Assembly: GCA_024679065.1 (NCBI GenBank)
Contig: JAGIQG010000009.1
Coordinates: 99,882,001 to 99,946,000 of the forward strand
Length of the DNA stretch: 64,000 nucleotides
DNA from: Sphyrna mokarran
Lineage: Eukaryota
Reading direction: 5' to 3'
The notes under the pieces: model-generated
Told to the model about the DNA's origin: nothing
Database searches by the model: none
The model's input: the letters and a program-made list of their open reading frames with translations, nothing else
Shown: in pieces, positions 49,511 to 62,339 of the stretch
How positions within the stretch are numbered: position 1 is the first letter of the stretch
How the letters are laid out: each line of letters begins with the position of its first letter
Made by a program: the position numbers and the translations under genes

Positions 49511-51334
49511 ATATTAAAAAAAAACTTTGTTAGTCACCAAACTTTTTGACAATTGTAAACGAATCAGCATACATTCCTTTAAATGGCTTTAAAAGAATCC
49601 TACTTTCACCAAACATCTGACGCCAGTTCATTTGTTTGTATCAATCGTTTCCGCATACAACAATTGATAAGATAATTTCAAATTATTGTTGAGGACCAGT
49701 TTTAATTCTAAGTGTCGTGAATGCATCGTTGTCAAAATAGGAATGGTAGATAGAACAATATTATTCCACAGCATTAGCATAGACCGTACATTGTTGTCAC
49801 TCGTTGCTTTGAAGCAATATCATTTACCTGACGTTCATTAGAAATTTTGCTCAATCTTAGGAAAGATTGACAGCGGTGAATTCCTCCCTGTTTAACCCAC
49901 GCCACAATTTCGTCAGATAGATTGCATCCACAAATTCAGAATAATTGGCGAACAGAGTTGGCGGATTATTGACAACTGACTGAGACAATTGTCATTTTTT
50001 CGAGGTATTATATACGTATAATTGTTAACTTTATTTTCAAATGTCACCTGAGCAGTAGCAAATCCAATGACATCTACGTTCTTTCCTTTTGCAAAATGTT
50101 ATGTAGTCAGATTATATATTTTTTATTCGTAACAATAACTCGGTTCACCTGTTTCTGTTCCTTCCATCTGTTCATCTTCAATGAGAAAAATGCGACATTA
50201 ATTCAAAATGAAGTATTGCAATCGCTATATTTCCAAAGATGTTTTGCTTGTTACCTTCATCTTCTCACACACAAAGCCATATTGTCAAAATCACTGCTAA
50301 AGTGCAACAGTATCATTAAACAGACAGACTGTGCCACCTAAAAGATAATCATTGTTGTTAATAATTACTGTCATATTCGACAGCGGCAGAAAACGCCACT
50401 AACTGTTTTTTCTGCATACACGTGGGCTATAAATATTTCCTTGTTTTCCTGTGAGAGGAACAACAATTTCTTTATGTACACCTCATCAGAAGGGTCATTC
50501 GTACCATGCATTATGTATATATATACGATTAAAAACAACATTTGGCGGAGTCCCGCTTCGATCACAGAAGTAGGAGATTTGATGCAGCTGTGGATGAGTT
50601 AGTCCTCATGTATTTTTTCTTTGAACAAAGGGTGACTGGGAAAAAGAAAATATAACTTGCTCTTGAGTATTTATTTCTGAACATGAGCAGTTCTGAAACA
50701 AAGCTTGCAAAGATGCGGTTCCAATAATGTAATTTCGTTCATCCTAGAGTCACATATTTGAGTATTTCATGATAACAACCGTGTGTTTGGCATGAAACGC
50801 TAATACACGGCATGAAGGCGTGGAGAACAACCTTTGGAATGAATAATTGTGGAACATTAAGTGGAATCGAACATTAAACAAACCATCAATTTAAATTACT
50901 ATATTTTTCTTCTGATTTTGTGATCTGGTATGCTTGTTGCTAGTGAAGCAGGCGTGTTTTGATCATTAGGACTTATTAGCAAAATGTACTGAAGTTATGT
51001 GATAACACAGTTGCAGGTGTGCCAACTGAGAGGTCCATCACAAAAGTCTCACGGAAAGATGTGTTGTCCAACATGTACTGGTCTTGAGAGGGGCGCTGTG
51101 GTGGTTTATTTTGGTTCTGCACAAATCGGTTGTTCATTAATAGCGCATATTTTCTTTACAAAAAAAAAGATGCATTTGGTGAGTCTTTCCTCATTGACAT
51201 CATTTGAGTCAACTTTTAAATGAATTGACACTTTCAGAAAATTGTGGATATATGCGAAAAGATGAAATTTTGTTGCGTATTGCGTGAATTTCAGGCCAAT
51301 TTATCACATTACACCAGCGACACCCTCGGCGAGA

Positions 51335-51745
51335 TTCTCATGTGTGCGCAGGAGATAGACAAAACAACAAGAACTGTGGGGAAATATTGGATGGACTGAA
51401 ACTGTTTTCCATGAAACAGAAAATGCTGAGGGGATGTTTTATTGGGATGCACGCAATTGTGAGAGTACTAGACAAAGTTACTGTGACGGAGCTATTCACC
51501 TCAGACGGACCAGTCGCAATGTTGACAATCAGTCACAATCGAGCGAATGGTTTCAGGGTATAGTTTTCTTACAGATAATCTAGTTCGTTTCTTGAACGCA
51601 CTGTTTGAAAGAGTAGAAGACACAGGTGGCCTTAATTCATTACGTTTTATGTAGATAAGCACCTCAAGTACTGGAAAGCGAAGTGATTTGAGCCATGATC
51701 TGGAAAGTGGAATTTAGCTAGGTGGTTCTCTTTTTTTGGTTGGTG
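51335..51745 (+). mobile_element. CR1 3' fragment
   Basis: ORF 51342 'LKLFSMKQKMLRGCFIGMHAIVRVLDKV' resembles LFSLE.RRLRGDLI...GLDRV. Confidence 0.65.
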
Positions 51746-52689
51746 AAGTGACCACGTCCTTTGCAATAAAACATGCAAAGTATAGTAGAAAAGTGGGAGA
51801 GAGAGAGTTTTATGTACATACAAGTACGTTTTCACGATATCAGGTAGACTGAATTTACGGACAGCAAACGTAGAAAGCACTGAGAGGAACTTTGTATAAT
51901 CTGTTCAGGTTTGGTCTGCTAACATTAGAAATACATATTTCATTTCAGAATGTTAAACATAGGTTGAAATGCCATCAAAATTGTCTTCTGAATAAATTGT
52001 AAGATGATTTTGCCAATAGTATCTGCAGTTTAGCAGGATAAAGGTTAACTACTTGAAGCTGGTTACATTCTGAATTTTCACTGGTTAAATGCTGACAATA
52101 CACTTCATGTCAATACAGGGTGGATGCGGGGTGAGGGGGGCGGGTGTCTCGATCTCAGAAGAATTGTTCGGAGGTTGAGGGTATTTCGTTTAAAACAGAG
52201 ATTTATTGGGGTTTCTTAAATCAGACAGTTGTTAATCATCTGGATTGTCTTGCTCGGGATAGAGTGGGCACTCGTTTATATAACATATTGATTGACCTCT
52301 TTTGATCCACAAAAGAGTCAATGGTTCAGAGACGGGAACGAAAAAAGAAATGATTTTACGGCTATAATGCGATAATCAATGTTTCTAATTTTTTTGTTCT
52401 ATCACATATTTTCATCAACGCTGGTTATGTTTCTCTCTATTTAGCATCCTCCTTTCCCTTTATGCTGTGACGGTAAACTGACTTCTTAAACGTTGCATTC
52501 CAAGCAATTTAAGTGCACCCAGACTTGCTGTTACCAATGGAGATCCACGAAAGTGACCCTGCGAGAATGAAGGAAGAATAGTTCCATGTCAGAGTGGCGT
52601 GTAATTGCAACAGGTCGTGCAAGATATTGGTGTGTCCGTAATCTGTTGCCTTTGTCCTTTAATGTTGTGTGGATCACGACTTTGGAAGA

Positions 52690-52860
52690 TAGTGAAGATC
52701 GCGACTTGATTCGTTGCTGTAAGCCACTTGCAGGTGTGATATACCTCTGACAATGGGCACAAGTGGGGGAGGGGTGAGTATTTAAGGGAGCCAATTGGTT
52801 ACAAAGTGCTGACTCTTTCCTTTCCAGGACAGTATCGAACATGTTGAACGCTGTTACTTC
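52690..52860 (-). mobile_element. Possible RTE-clade LINE 3' remnant
   Basis: Peptide 'PTCAHCQRY...SGL' resembles the C-terminal Zn-finger-like motif of RTE elements; weak. Confidence 0.25.
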
Positions 52861-54399
52861 ATCCGTTGATTTGGAACAAATAGAGACTATTGCGTTACAC
52901 AGGAATTATGTCCAGCAAATGGTTGAGAAGTTTTGGTGATGAATGATTTGTCTAAATACTTCAAGCGTCTAATCGATTATTCTGGCCGCAGTGATTTATT
53001 AGATGATTCTTTCCAATTTCTAGTCAATGGTTATTCTCAAGTTCTGATAAAATCTGGTTAAGCGATGTTTGTTTCATTTTATGAGAAAAAAATATAGTTT
53101 TACGTTCCTTTGGTGGAATCGCTCATTGCCAAACAATTTGCACTGTAGAAGTATATTTCTGCCAGTGACCAAGAGTAACCAGTTAAGAAAAATGGTGAAC
53201 ATTGTTTAATCAGCCGCGAACAATCCCATTTCTGGCCGCATAATGCACGCAGATAACTGAAGAAATCGCCATTTATGATCAGGCTACGGAAGTTACCTTG
53301 TGGAATTATCTTCCGCAGCAAAAGTGATTGACCTCCAAAAGAAATCCTCCTTTCTGCAAAGTAAGAATTCAACTTGGTGAGAGTTTTTTTTTCTTCTTCT
53401 GCTTATTCACGTTGTCTGAAGGTGTGGTCGAGCGTTGCGATTACATAATCTGCCCTCAAATGTCACTTTGATGAGGGAAATCGGCCACATCTCAAAGCAC
53501 AGTTTGCTATTCAATGTTCGGAGAAATACTGACCTGTGGTCAGGAAATGAGTAAGATTCTTGCATAAGCAATAGAGCGACAATGAGCTAATTATTGCTGA
53601 ATTTGTGTTAAATGTTGCATTGATGACAAATCCTTCCACGATATGCTTAATGTCGAAAACAGTCTAATGGAGAACTCACTGGTCGAGCACTTTCGGGAAC
53701 AAATGATATCTGGGCAATTTTCCGCATGGTTCTCTTGTTACTGAGGTTCTACTTGTATGGGAACAACTTGATATCGAATGCAGGGTCCGTGCACTCGTGT
53801 CTTCAATACCGCTGCTGAAAAACTGGCATGGCATGTAACCTTTACAGTATACAGTAGCTTAAGGCATTAATGCAATAATATGGTGTAAACCGAAGCTTGG
53901 ATGCTGCATATACAAGGCATCTTACAAAGAAACTTAGATGAATTGTCGGCTTGGCACTTTGCCAAATCATTGCTGTAAATGTTACAGCTTTGGTATTTAT
54001 TTCTCTGTCCTATTAGTGAAGATGATTATTTCCTTGGAGACAGCTCTTACAGTTAACTTTTGCGCTCTATATTGCAGAGCTATTGTAATCCTAATCGCTT
54101 TCAGTGCCAGTGAGACATTAAATCGGCGGAAGTACAGGAACGAAGTGGGACATTTCGAGGCAAGTTCAGAGTTCAGTAAGTGATGTAGTACCAACGGAAG
54201 CAGTTGATCGGTAAATCTTGGTGGTATTTTGAAATTAAAAGCCATAATTTAAGCAGTGGTCGGGAGTTGTACAGTTTCTTTTTATATTTACAAATGTTCC
54301 AAAATTTGGTTAATTACTGCAGGAAAAGTCAAAGTTCTGCTTTTTTTTTGCACCGTCTGCGAAGCGCGCCACATTTACTGTGCCTGGGAAAAGCATGTG

Positions 54400-57300
54400 A
54401 GCAAGCATTGTATACAGTTGCAGCCTTTATAAATTTAGTTATCATGGCTGGAAGGGAAACAAGGAAGTCTGTGCGCAATCCTTATAGCAGAATGCATAGT
54501 GGATGGTATGGTTAGAAAAAGTGTTCACAACAACTGAAGCATCTTGATGAAGGAAGGGAACCAAGAAAGGGATCACTAGGCAGCCCATAAGAAACATACA
54601 GGTAATTCGGGTGTCCCTGAAGTATCCAGGCACAAATCGATTTTCAAATTTGTGGCTGATTAATGTATTGGTTCATTCAGTGAGTATCGAGAGAGCCAAA
54701 CTGTAGGCAACAGAAGCAGCCTATCCAGCTAGGACAAATGAGGAAAGGAAGAGAAAGAAGTATTAGGGACGTCTATATTCAGTAGGTGCTTGCATGGTAG
54801 TCAACGTAACTCCAGGGTCGTGTTTGGGTCCTTGATGCCAGTGTCTTGAGTATCACTGAACGACAGCAAGGAATCTTGAGCAGGTGAGAGTGATATGGCA
54901 CATTTTCTTATGGATGATAAAAATAGAAATAAGAATGAGTTCTTGCATCAGGACTTCAGATTGTTAGGCAAAAGACTAAAAAAACAGATATCTTATGTTG
55001 CAAGATTGGGATTACGCCTAATAACACGAGTAAGTGTACAAAGAAATAAAGGAGCAGCACAGACGGAAGCCTGGCTTGGGGCCGAGAGGTCCACGGTTTT
55101 CGGCTTCCAGATCTCCAGCAACCTGTCCTGGTCCTCCCATGCCGACAGCAAGGTTAAGAAAGCCCACCAAGGCCTCTTCTTTCTCAGAAAACTAAGGATA
55201 TTTGGCATGTCAGCAATGGCTGTCATCAACATTTACAGATGCACCATAAAAACCATTATTTCTGGTTGCATCATAATTAGGTATGGCTCCTGCTCTGCCC
55301 AAGACTGCAATAAACTACAGAAGGTCGTGAAAGTAGCCCAATCCATCACCGAAACCAGCCTCCCATCCATTGACTATGTCTACAATTCAGCAATGCAGCC
55401 AGCATATTTAAGGATTCCACGCGCCCTGGATATTTTCTCTTCCACTTTCTTTCTTCGGGAAATAGATTCAAATTCTGAGGTCACATATCAACTCACTCAA
55501 GAATAACTTCTTCTCTGCTGCCGTCAGACATTTGCATGGAAATAACTTGCATTAGAGAGAATTGAAATCTTGAAGGGGACATCAAATGACGCTGCATATA
55601 GACTTTAGGGACAAATATGCTGCAGTCATACTGCTAGTTTTTCATTGCATAGCCCCATATTAATTGGGAAATTGAGGAACAATTCGTGGAGGCATGTAAT
55701 AACAAGAGGATTTGATGTTAAGTGGTTTCAATTTTCCTTACATTAATTGGGATAGCAGAGTGTTAAGGACTTGGGTGGAGTGTTTTCGTGAATTGCGCAC
55801 CTAAAAAGCTTTACTGTTAATCTGCCACAGATCCAATGAGGGATTGACAGCATTGGACCTCATTCTGGAGAATGAAGCTGAAAAGGTTGGTGAGGCAGCG
55901 GACGGAAATCATTTTCGCAGTAGCGACCAAAATATGTTGCGATTTTAGCACATTATATCAAAAAAGCAGACAAGTTGCTAAACAATATGTTTGAATTGCG
56001 GAGAACAGATTTTGTAATGCAATGCAATATCAGCCCAAGGTAGATTCGGAACAGCTCCTTATGGGGAAATCTGTAGAACAAAAGTGGTGGTGGGGCACGG
56101 GGAGGAAAGCGTTATGGAGGAAGGGAGAGCGTTCAAAAATGGAAATAGAGAGTACCGCATGTTCCCTCTCGGGTGATTGAAAAGAATAATGAGTTCACAG
56201 AACTATTGATGAGCAGAGGTATTCAGGAATCGGTAAGAAGGAAAGTGAACCTCTGTAGCAGATGCAGGTGAGCAAATAAGAGGGGGCACTAGAGTAATAC
56301 AGGCAGAACAGTGTGATAGTAAAGGAAACAATTACAAAAAGAAAGTAGAGATATGGAATTCTCGGTTGATAAAGTTAGGGAAAATAAAAATATGCTTTAT
56401 ACGCATTTCGATGAGAGGAATATAACAAGGGAGAGAATTGCATCCAAGAAATTCAAAGCAGCTAAGTTTTGACAGGAGGCACAGCACATTGGAAAAGTGT
56501 TGAACAAACACGTCACGTTCGTATTCAACCAACAAGATGAAAATGAAGTATGGAAAATAGGCATAGGGACTGCGAGATTCTTATTGGTCGGCTTAAAGCG
56601 GACAAATCTTCAGGCACAGATCAATTTTCTCCCAGCGGGCTGTGAACTGCAATATAAGACTGGGGCTCTGTTTCAAATTTGGAGTTCTTTCCAGGATACA
56701 GTGGAAGTGCCAGAATCCGAGAGAATGCATCTCTGATATTTAATAAGAGTTCTAAATATAAACTGATTTCGGATGAGCTCGCTTTATGTTAGTTGCAGAA
56801 ACACTATTGGACCATATTGTAAAGGAGAGAAGATGTCTCCAATTTGAGGGCTAGTGTTGACCAGGGATAGTTAGTACGGCATTGTCAGAGGGAGGCCATG
56901 CTTAGTAAATTTGATTGTCTTTTTTTTAAACACCCCGGGGTGTTTGTCGATGGATCACTGAGGACAGAAAAGCCTGTAAATTGCGTGTTTGAAAATGTAT
57001 ATGGGACAATTGTCTTCAAATACGGAGGCGTAAATTAAATAAAAAAGTGACCATTTGGAGTTGAATGAAACTTTTATGTGACTACAGTTGGAGATTTGTG
57101 TACAGTTCTGGTGGCCCCATTGATTTCACAGGAGGGCGGGGAGGCGTGAATGCAAATTCGATTCTTCGATTCACCAGTATATTGCCTGGCATGGCACATT
57201 TAGGTCTTGAAGACATGGAGATGCACTGAGTTGCATTACTTTCTGGACAGAAGAAGACTGGGGACATGCTTGATCAGGATGTACAACATTATGAGAACAG

Positions 57301-57625
57301 GGTGAGGAACAGTTTTTCACTTTAATAGAAGGGGCAAACAGAAGGAGACACAAGATGGAAGTAAAGAGCAGGGCGATTAGAGTATTGCAAGCCAAATTCT
57401 TTTTATTCTGAGAGTGATGACAGTCTTAAATTATTTGCCATAAGTTCGTGGAGCTGAAGTTGACTCACAACTTTATAATTTTCTCACGAAAAACTCACGG
57501 CGGGCCATAAAATTCAAGGCTACAGGCCAAGCACTGCTACATGTGATTATATCGGTACATCGGTTGCTTGTCACATCTTGGTGTAGTGTCGATGAGCCGA
57601 ATGGCATCTTCTGCAACTTGAGTTT
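54400..57625 (+). mobile_element. Old, internally deleted long CR1 (ORF1 esterase remnants, ORF2, 3'UTR)
   Basis: ORF1-like 'NEFLHQDFRLLGKRLK', APE remnants 'ttggacctcattctggagaatgaagct' (LDLILENEA) and SD., RT remnants 'gtacagttctggtggcccc', tail 'gatgagccgaatggcatcttctgc'. Confidence 0.75.
55085..55552 (+). mobile_element. Rex1/Babar-type non-LTR retrotransposon 3' fragment nested in CR1 ORF1
   Basis: ISSNLSWSSH..VKKAHQGLFFLRKLRIFGMS...YRCTI..IISGCI..YGSCSAQD..KLQKVV..AQSI...LPSI is the DUF1891-type post-RT region. Confidence 0.85.
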
Positions 57626-58459
57626 TTGTGAGTTTTTTTTATTTCATATGCCTGATATTTCTCTCTGCCGCGTACAGAACCAGGAATGGAACCAGGGCTC
57701 GCCTTCGTGCGATGGCAATTGTAGAAAGGAGAAACTAAGCTGAAATATTGTGGCTGAATGCAATTATCCTTCTTCAATTGGCCGTTGACACTTCGATGAT
57801 GTGCAGTTTGAGTTGCCGTCCCATCTATGCCCTAGTTAGTAGGTTCTTAATGCTTTCCTCTGTAGAAGCTGGAGTGTACACTTTAATGACGGCGGTCCTC
57901 CATCCTCACAGAGGCGGTACAGTGGTCCTAATTAATTAAAATCTCTATGGATTGTTGCATCTACGGCATTAAGACCGGTGAGAATAAGATCATAAAACTC
58001 ATTTAATCGTTTTTGCTCTCTTGTAACATGCCTTCTCTCCTATATTGCAGCACCGTCATCAAATATTCTTTCTGGATATGACAAACATGTTGTTACCAAG
58101 CTAATCTCCCTGACAGAGTGTGAAATCCAATAGCCAGACTATATTATGCGCCTTTTCAGCTCTTAACAAATCCATCTCGAAGTGTTAAAACGTAAGTGCG
58201 CAGACAATTAGCTGTTGTGGGAGGCGGGAGGAGCATCTGCAGATAATAGCAAGTAGATAATTGTCCAGCTAGATGAAAATCCAGGAGACTGTATGACGTT
58301 GACGATATCTCTTGAGAATTCCAAGATCTACAACTTCCGATTGCATACTGTTCTGCTACAACCGTTGCTCCCACAATCTGAGAGAATTATGGGAAATGTT
58401 AATAATGGCTAACTCATGGTCTCTAATGAATGATGTCAGGAGTACTGACACAACAGTGA

Positions 58460-58800
58460 ACAAAGGACAACACAGAACAGGAACACGGTCAACAGCCCTC
58501 CAAACCTGCACCGATCGTATGGCTGGCTAAGTTAAAACTTCATACAGTTATGAATCCCGATCGTTCTATTCTGATCCAATTCATGTATTCACCTAAATGC
58601 CCCTTAAATGTGTTATGATATTTGTTCCAAACATCTCCGGGGTAGCGTGTTCCAGGTCTTCACCATCATCTGTTCGAAAACCCGCCTCGCACATCTCCTC
58701 TAAATATTTCCCCACACAATCTAAACCAATGTTGACTTTTCTTCTGGAAGAGCACCTGATTATCCACTCTGCTCATGCCACCCATTACCCTGCAAACGGA
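58460..58800 (-). mobile_element. CR1 3' end
   Basis: 'aacaaaggacaacacagaacaggaacacgg..cagccc', 'ggtagcgtgttccagg..caccatc'. Confidence 0.7.
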
Positions 58801-59337
58801 AGTTAAAACAAAACATTTTTCCATCTCTTATCTAAAACAACGTCGGAAACGTTCACAGAAAAGTGATTACGCTTTTTGTTTTATTTACTGCACTTCTCAT
58901 GAACGTGGCCTGATTGTACTGACGTAGCATATTGTTACACATTGCAGAAGCAGAAAATGCAATTAAATGTGTTTCTTTATTTATTGAGCTGAAAGGAAGA
59001 TTATTCGGCAGGAAGCTCATCTCCTGACTCTCCGAAAGAGTGCTCACTTTCGAGAAGCGTAAATGTGAAACCTGAACGGTAATAGGCAATGTTTTCTGAT
59101 GTGTGAGACTCCGATAACGTTCAAAAAGATCTCTGCGCCATCTAGGCCAAACAATTGGATTGATCGCTGCCCCGGCCAACGCTTGAGATTCCCTGCACTA
59201 TTGACGCACAGTTGCAGCAGCGTATAGGAGGCACAATGCCTTTGGCATTGAGCTCCACGTACCAGACTGTCAACTTGTTTTTGTGAAGGATAGATGCAGC
59301 AGATTCTTTTGAATACCATCAGCTGCAGTTTTCCTCG

Positions 59338-59340
59338 TAT

Positions 59341-59372
<32 letters not shown>

Positions 59373-59379
59373 ATATATA
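59338..59379. repeat. (TA)n microsatellite, interrupted
   Basis: Directly visible. Confidence 0.95.
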
Positions 59380-60167
59380 GTTTTCCTCACATATATAGAA
59401 AAAGGATATCTTTCGGGAATTTTACCAACACTGCTGAAAAGATCAATCGTGCGTTTATTTTGTTTTACAATTCACAGCTTCAAAGCATTGCAGTCGCAGT
59501 CGTATTTTCCATTAAATGGATTTCAACTGAAACTCTGCTGCCCATTATAGTTTTTTTTTCTTCAAATTTTTGCATTCGCGCGTGCAAACATTGCCACTAA
59601 TTGAAGAGTGGGCGAAGGGTGATGAGAGGTGGAGCGGGGGGAGTAGATTTGTCAGTTTTGCACAATCCATCATTGCAAATTTTCCCATGGTGACAATCAT
59701 TCTTATCTCTGAAATCTGTTGCCCGAGATTCATCTCCCTATCTGTGTTCCTGAAACGTGGACCTATGGGAAAAGACAGCACTAATTGGTACAATATGTGT
59801 GCCATTCTTTCAACTGTTGCAAGGCCCTACGTTACGGCTTTTTCATTTCTTCATTTGCCTTATCAATCTTTTGGGCAGCAGGACAGCATAGCATCGACGC
59901 TGATTACTTTTTGCGGCAAAGATTTGTATATGCACAGTGACTACCACTGGAAGGTGGAATTCTGGAAGATAACCTCCGTGTTTGAGAGAAAGCAAGCACT
60001 CAACAGAAAAATGTGGTGGAGTTTCTTTGGAAAGGGACAGTTAACCCCCGAACAGGACATCAGTGCTACCGTCCCTAACTGTTCTTCTAACAAAAAAAAA
60101 GTCACGATGGGGGCTACTAAGAATGGAAAAGTGAATGGAGGTTGCATTTCTTCTGCATATGCCTAAA

Positions 60168-61100
60168 ATGGCATTTAGGGAAGTGAGCTGCTCTTCCTGC
60201 CAGATGTGGAATATCAAGGAGCAATCTCGTCTCCCTGGCAACTTTATCTGCAGGAAATGTATCCAGTTGCAACTCCTTACAGGCCACATTGTTCGGCTGG
60301 GGCAGCAGATGTAACACTGGGGAACATACAGGGGCTACAGAGTGCCATAGACAGGAGTAATAAGGAGATTGTTTCACCACCGATTTAATGAGGTAAATGG
60401 ATGTCTACCAGGACAGGCAGACATGTAGTGCAAAAATCTTCTGCGGTTATTCCCCTTTCAAAAACATCTTGGAGGCTGTCGAAGGAGAATAGCTCTCAGG
60501 GGAAGAAATCAGCGGGAGCCACGCCCGTGGCACTACACCTGGTTCTGGTGTTGAGCAGGGTCGGACAAAGATCAAATGAGCAGTAGTAATAGGGGATTCG
60601 CTATTCATAGGCACAGAAAAGCGTTTCAGTGGTCGCGATCAGGCGTCCAGGATGGTGTGTTGCCTCCTTGGTTCCAGAGTCGAGGATATCTCTGAGCGGT
60701 TGCACAACATTCTTATGGGATGGTGAACAGCCAGAGGTCGTTGTTCATATTGGTAGCAATGACATAGATAGGACAAGGGACGAAATCCTAAGGAGTGAAT
60801 ATAGAGATTTAGGAAGAAGATTAATGTGCAAATTTTCGAAGGTAGTAATTTTTGGACTGAAGTCAGTGCCAGCTGCCCGTGAAAGTAGGAAAATAAAGGT
60901 TAAGCAGATGCATGCGAGGCTTGAGAGGGTAGTGCAGTGAACAGGGATTTTGATTTGAGGAACATTGGAATCACTTATAGAGAAGGGGTCACCTGTTCAA
61001 GAAGGACCGTTTACACCTGAGCTGGAGGGAAATTAATATCCAGGTGGGGAGAGTTATAAGAGCCACTTGAGGGGCTTTGAACTAGTTTAACAAGGGATGG
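60168..61100 (+). pseudogene. CR1 ORF1: CxxC-CxxC Zn finger/leucine zipper + SGNH (GDSL) esterase, disrupted
   Basis: MAFREVSCSSCQMW...FICRKCIQLQLL; AVVIGDSL at ~60580; EQPEVVVHIGSNDI; stops and frameshifts present. Confidence 0.88.
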
Positions 61101-61506
61101 GACACAGAATAGTAGGGAGACGGAAGAAAATGCTGGGGACAGCATAGAAGCTAAACAGAACACATTAAATAGTAAAGGCAGAGGCAATAATCCTAGTACC
61201 AGACAGGTCAGGCAAAAGAAGAGCAGAAAGCAAATGCAGTTAAGATTAAACGGCATTCATTTCAATGCAAGAGAGCTGGCTTGCAAGACAGAAAACTCAG
61301 GGCATGAATGGGCGCAATATTATGGCTGTTACTGAAAAATGGCAAAGGGAGGCTGTTACTGAAATATTGCTAAGGGAGCGTCAGGACTGGCAGCTCAATG
61401 ATCCGGGGGGCGGGGGGGGGGGGGGGTACAGAGGCCATTTGAAATATAAACTCAGTAAGAATCCGGCAACACCATTTTTAAATCCAACCGATTTATTTGA
61501 TAGTAA

Positions 61507-61545
61507 ATCTGCGAGCTTTCGACTTTTTGTCTTCATCAGGCAAAT
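61507..61545 (-). ncRNA. Minimal type I hammerhead ribozyme (PLE-associated)
   Basis: AUUUGC-CUGAUGA-A-GAC-aaaaa-GUC-GAAA-GC-UC^GCAGAU; stems covary with copy 1. Confidence 0.87.
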
Positions 61546-61748
61546 ATAGTGTTCTGGTCTGCAATAGCACACATATCAGCACAGACAGTCACAGATTGCT
61601 GATTAGAATGTGAATCCTTACATCTAACCTGCTATTCAAGTCTTAAAGTGGCTAACGATCTGAGGGAAGCATTGGTTAGAGAAATGTGTATTTTCTCCAG
61701 ACAGCGCAGTAAGTGAGGTTTTTTGCTAACCTAGGCAAGTCATGGGGG

Positions 61749-62339
61749 TTACAGATAGTGTGACACGAAGCCAAGATCCCTGTTAAGACCGTCCTTATGA
61801 GTGCGGAACTTGGCTATCAGTCTCTGCTCAGCGACTCTGCGCTGTCGTGTGTCATGAAGGCCCCCTTGAAGAACATTTACCCGAACGTCGGAGGCCGAAT
61901 GCCCGTGACTGCTGAAGTGTTCGCCTACAGGAAGGGAACTATTTTGCCTGGTGATTGTTGAGTGATGTTCATTCATCCGCTGTCGTAGTGTCTGCATGGT
62001 CTCCCCAATGTACCATGCTTCGGGACATCCTTTCTTGCAACGTATTCGGTAGACAACGTTGGCCGAGTTGCAAGAGTATGTACCGTGTACCTGGTGAATG
62101 GTATTCTCACGTTTGATGATGTCGTCCATGTCTATGATCCGGCATGTCTTGCAGAGGTTGCTGTGACAGGGTTGTGTGGTATTGTGCTCACTGTTCTCCG
62201 GAAGGTTGGGTAGTTTGCTGCGAACAATGATCTGTTTGAGGTTGTGCGGTTGTCTGAAAATAAGAAGTGGGGGGGGGTGTGGGGAAGGCTCTAGCGAGAT
62301 GTCCATCATCATCCTCCTCAGAAGACGAACACGGGACAC
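61749..62339 (-). CDS. Open reading frame for the PLE linker + GIY-YIG endonuclease domain (5' end created by the inversion junction)
   Basis: 196 aa without stops: CHSNLCKTC, NVVYRIRCKKGCPEAWYIGET, RMNEH, EQRLI, GLNRD. Expression unknown. Confidence 0.75.
   Translation of the reverse strand: MSRVRLLRRMMMDISLEPSPHPPPLLIFRQPHNLKQIIVRSKLPNLPENSEHNTTQPCHSNLCKTCRIIDMDDIIKRENTIHQVHGTYSCNSANVVYRIRCKKGCPEAWYIGETMQTLRQRMNEHHSTITRQNSSLPVGEHFSSHGHSASDVRVNVLQGGLHDTRQRRVAEQRLIAKFRTHKDGLNRDLGFVSHYL

Noticed and set aside
59570-60166. 198-aa + strand ORF
   Set aside because: No recognisable domain, begins at TTG, and probably overlaps the CR1 5'UTR; likely chance.
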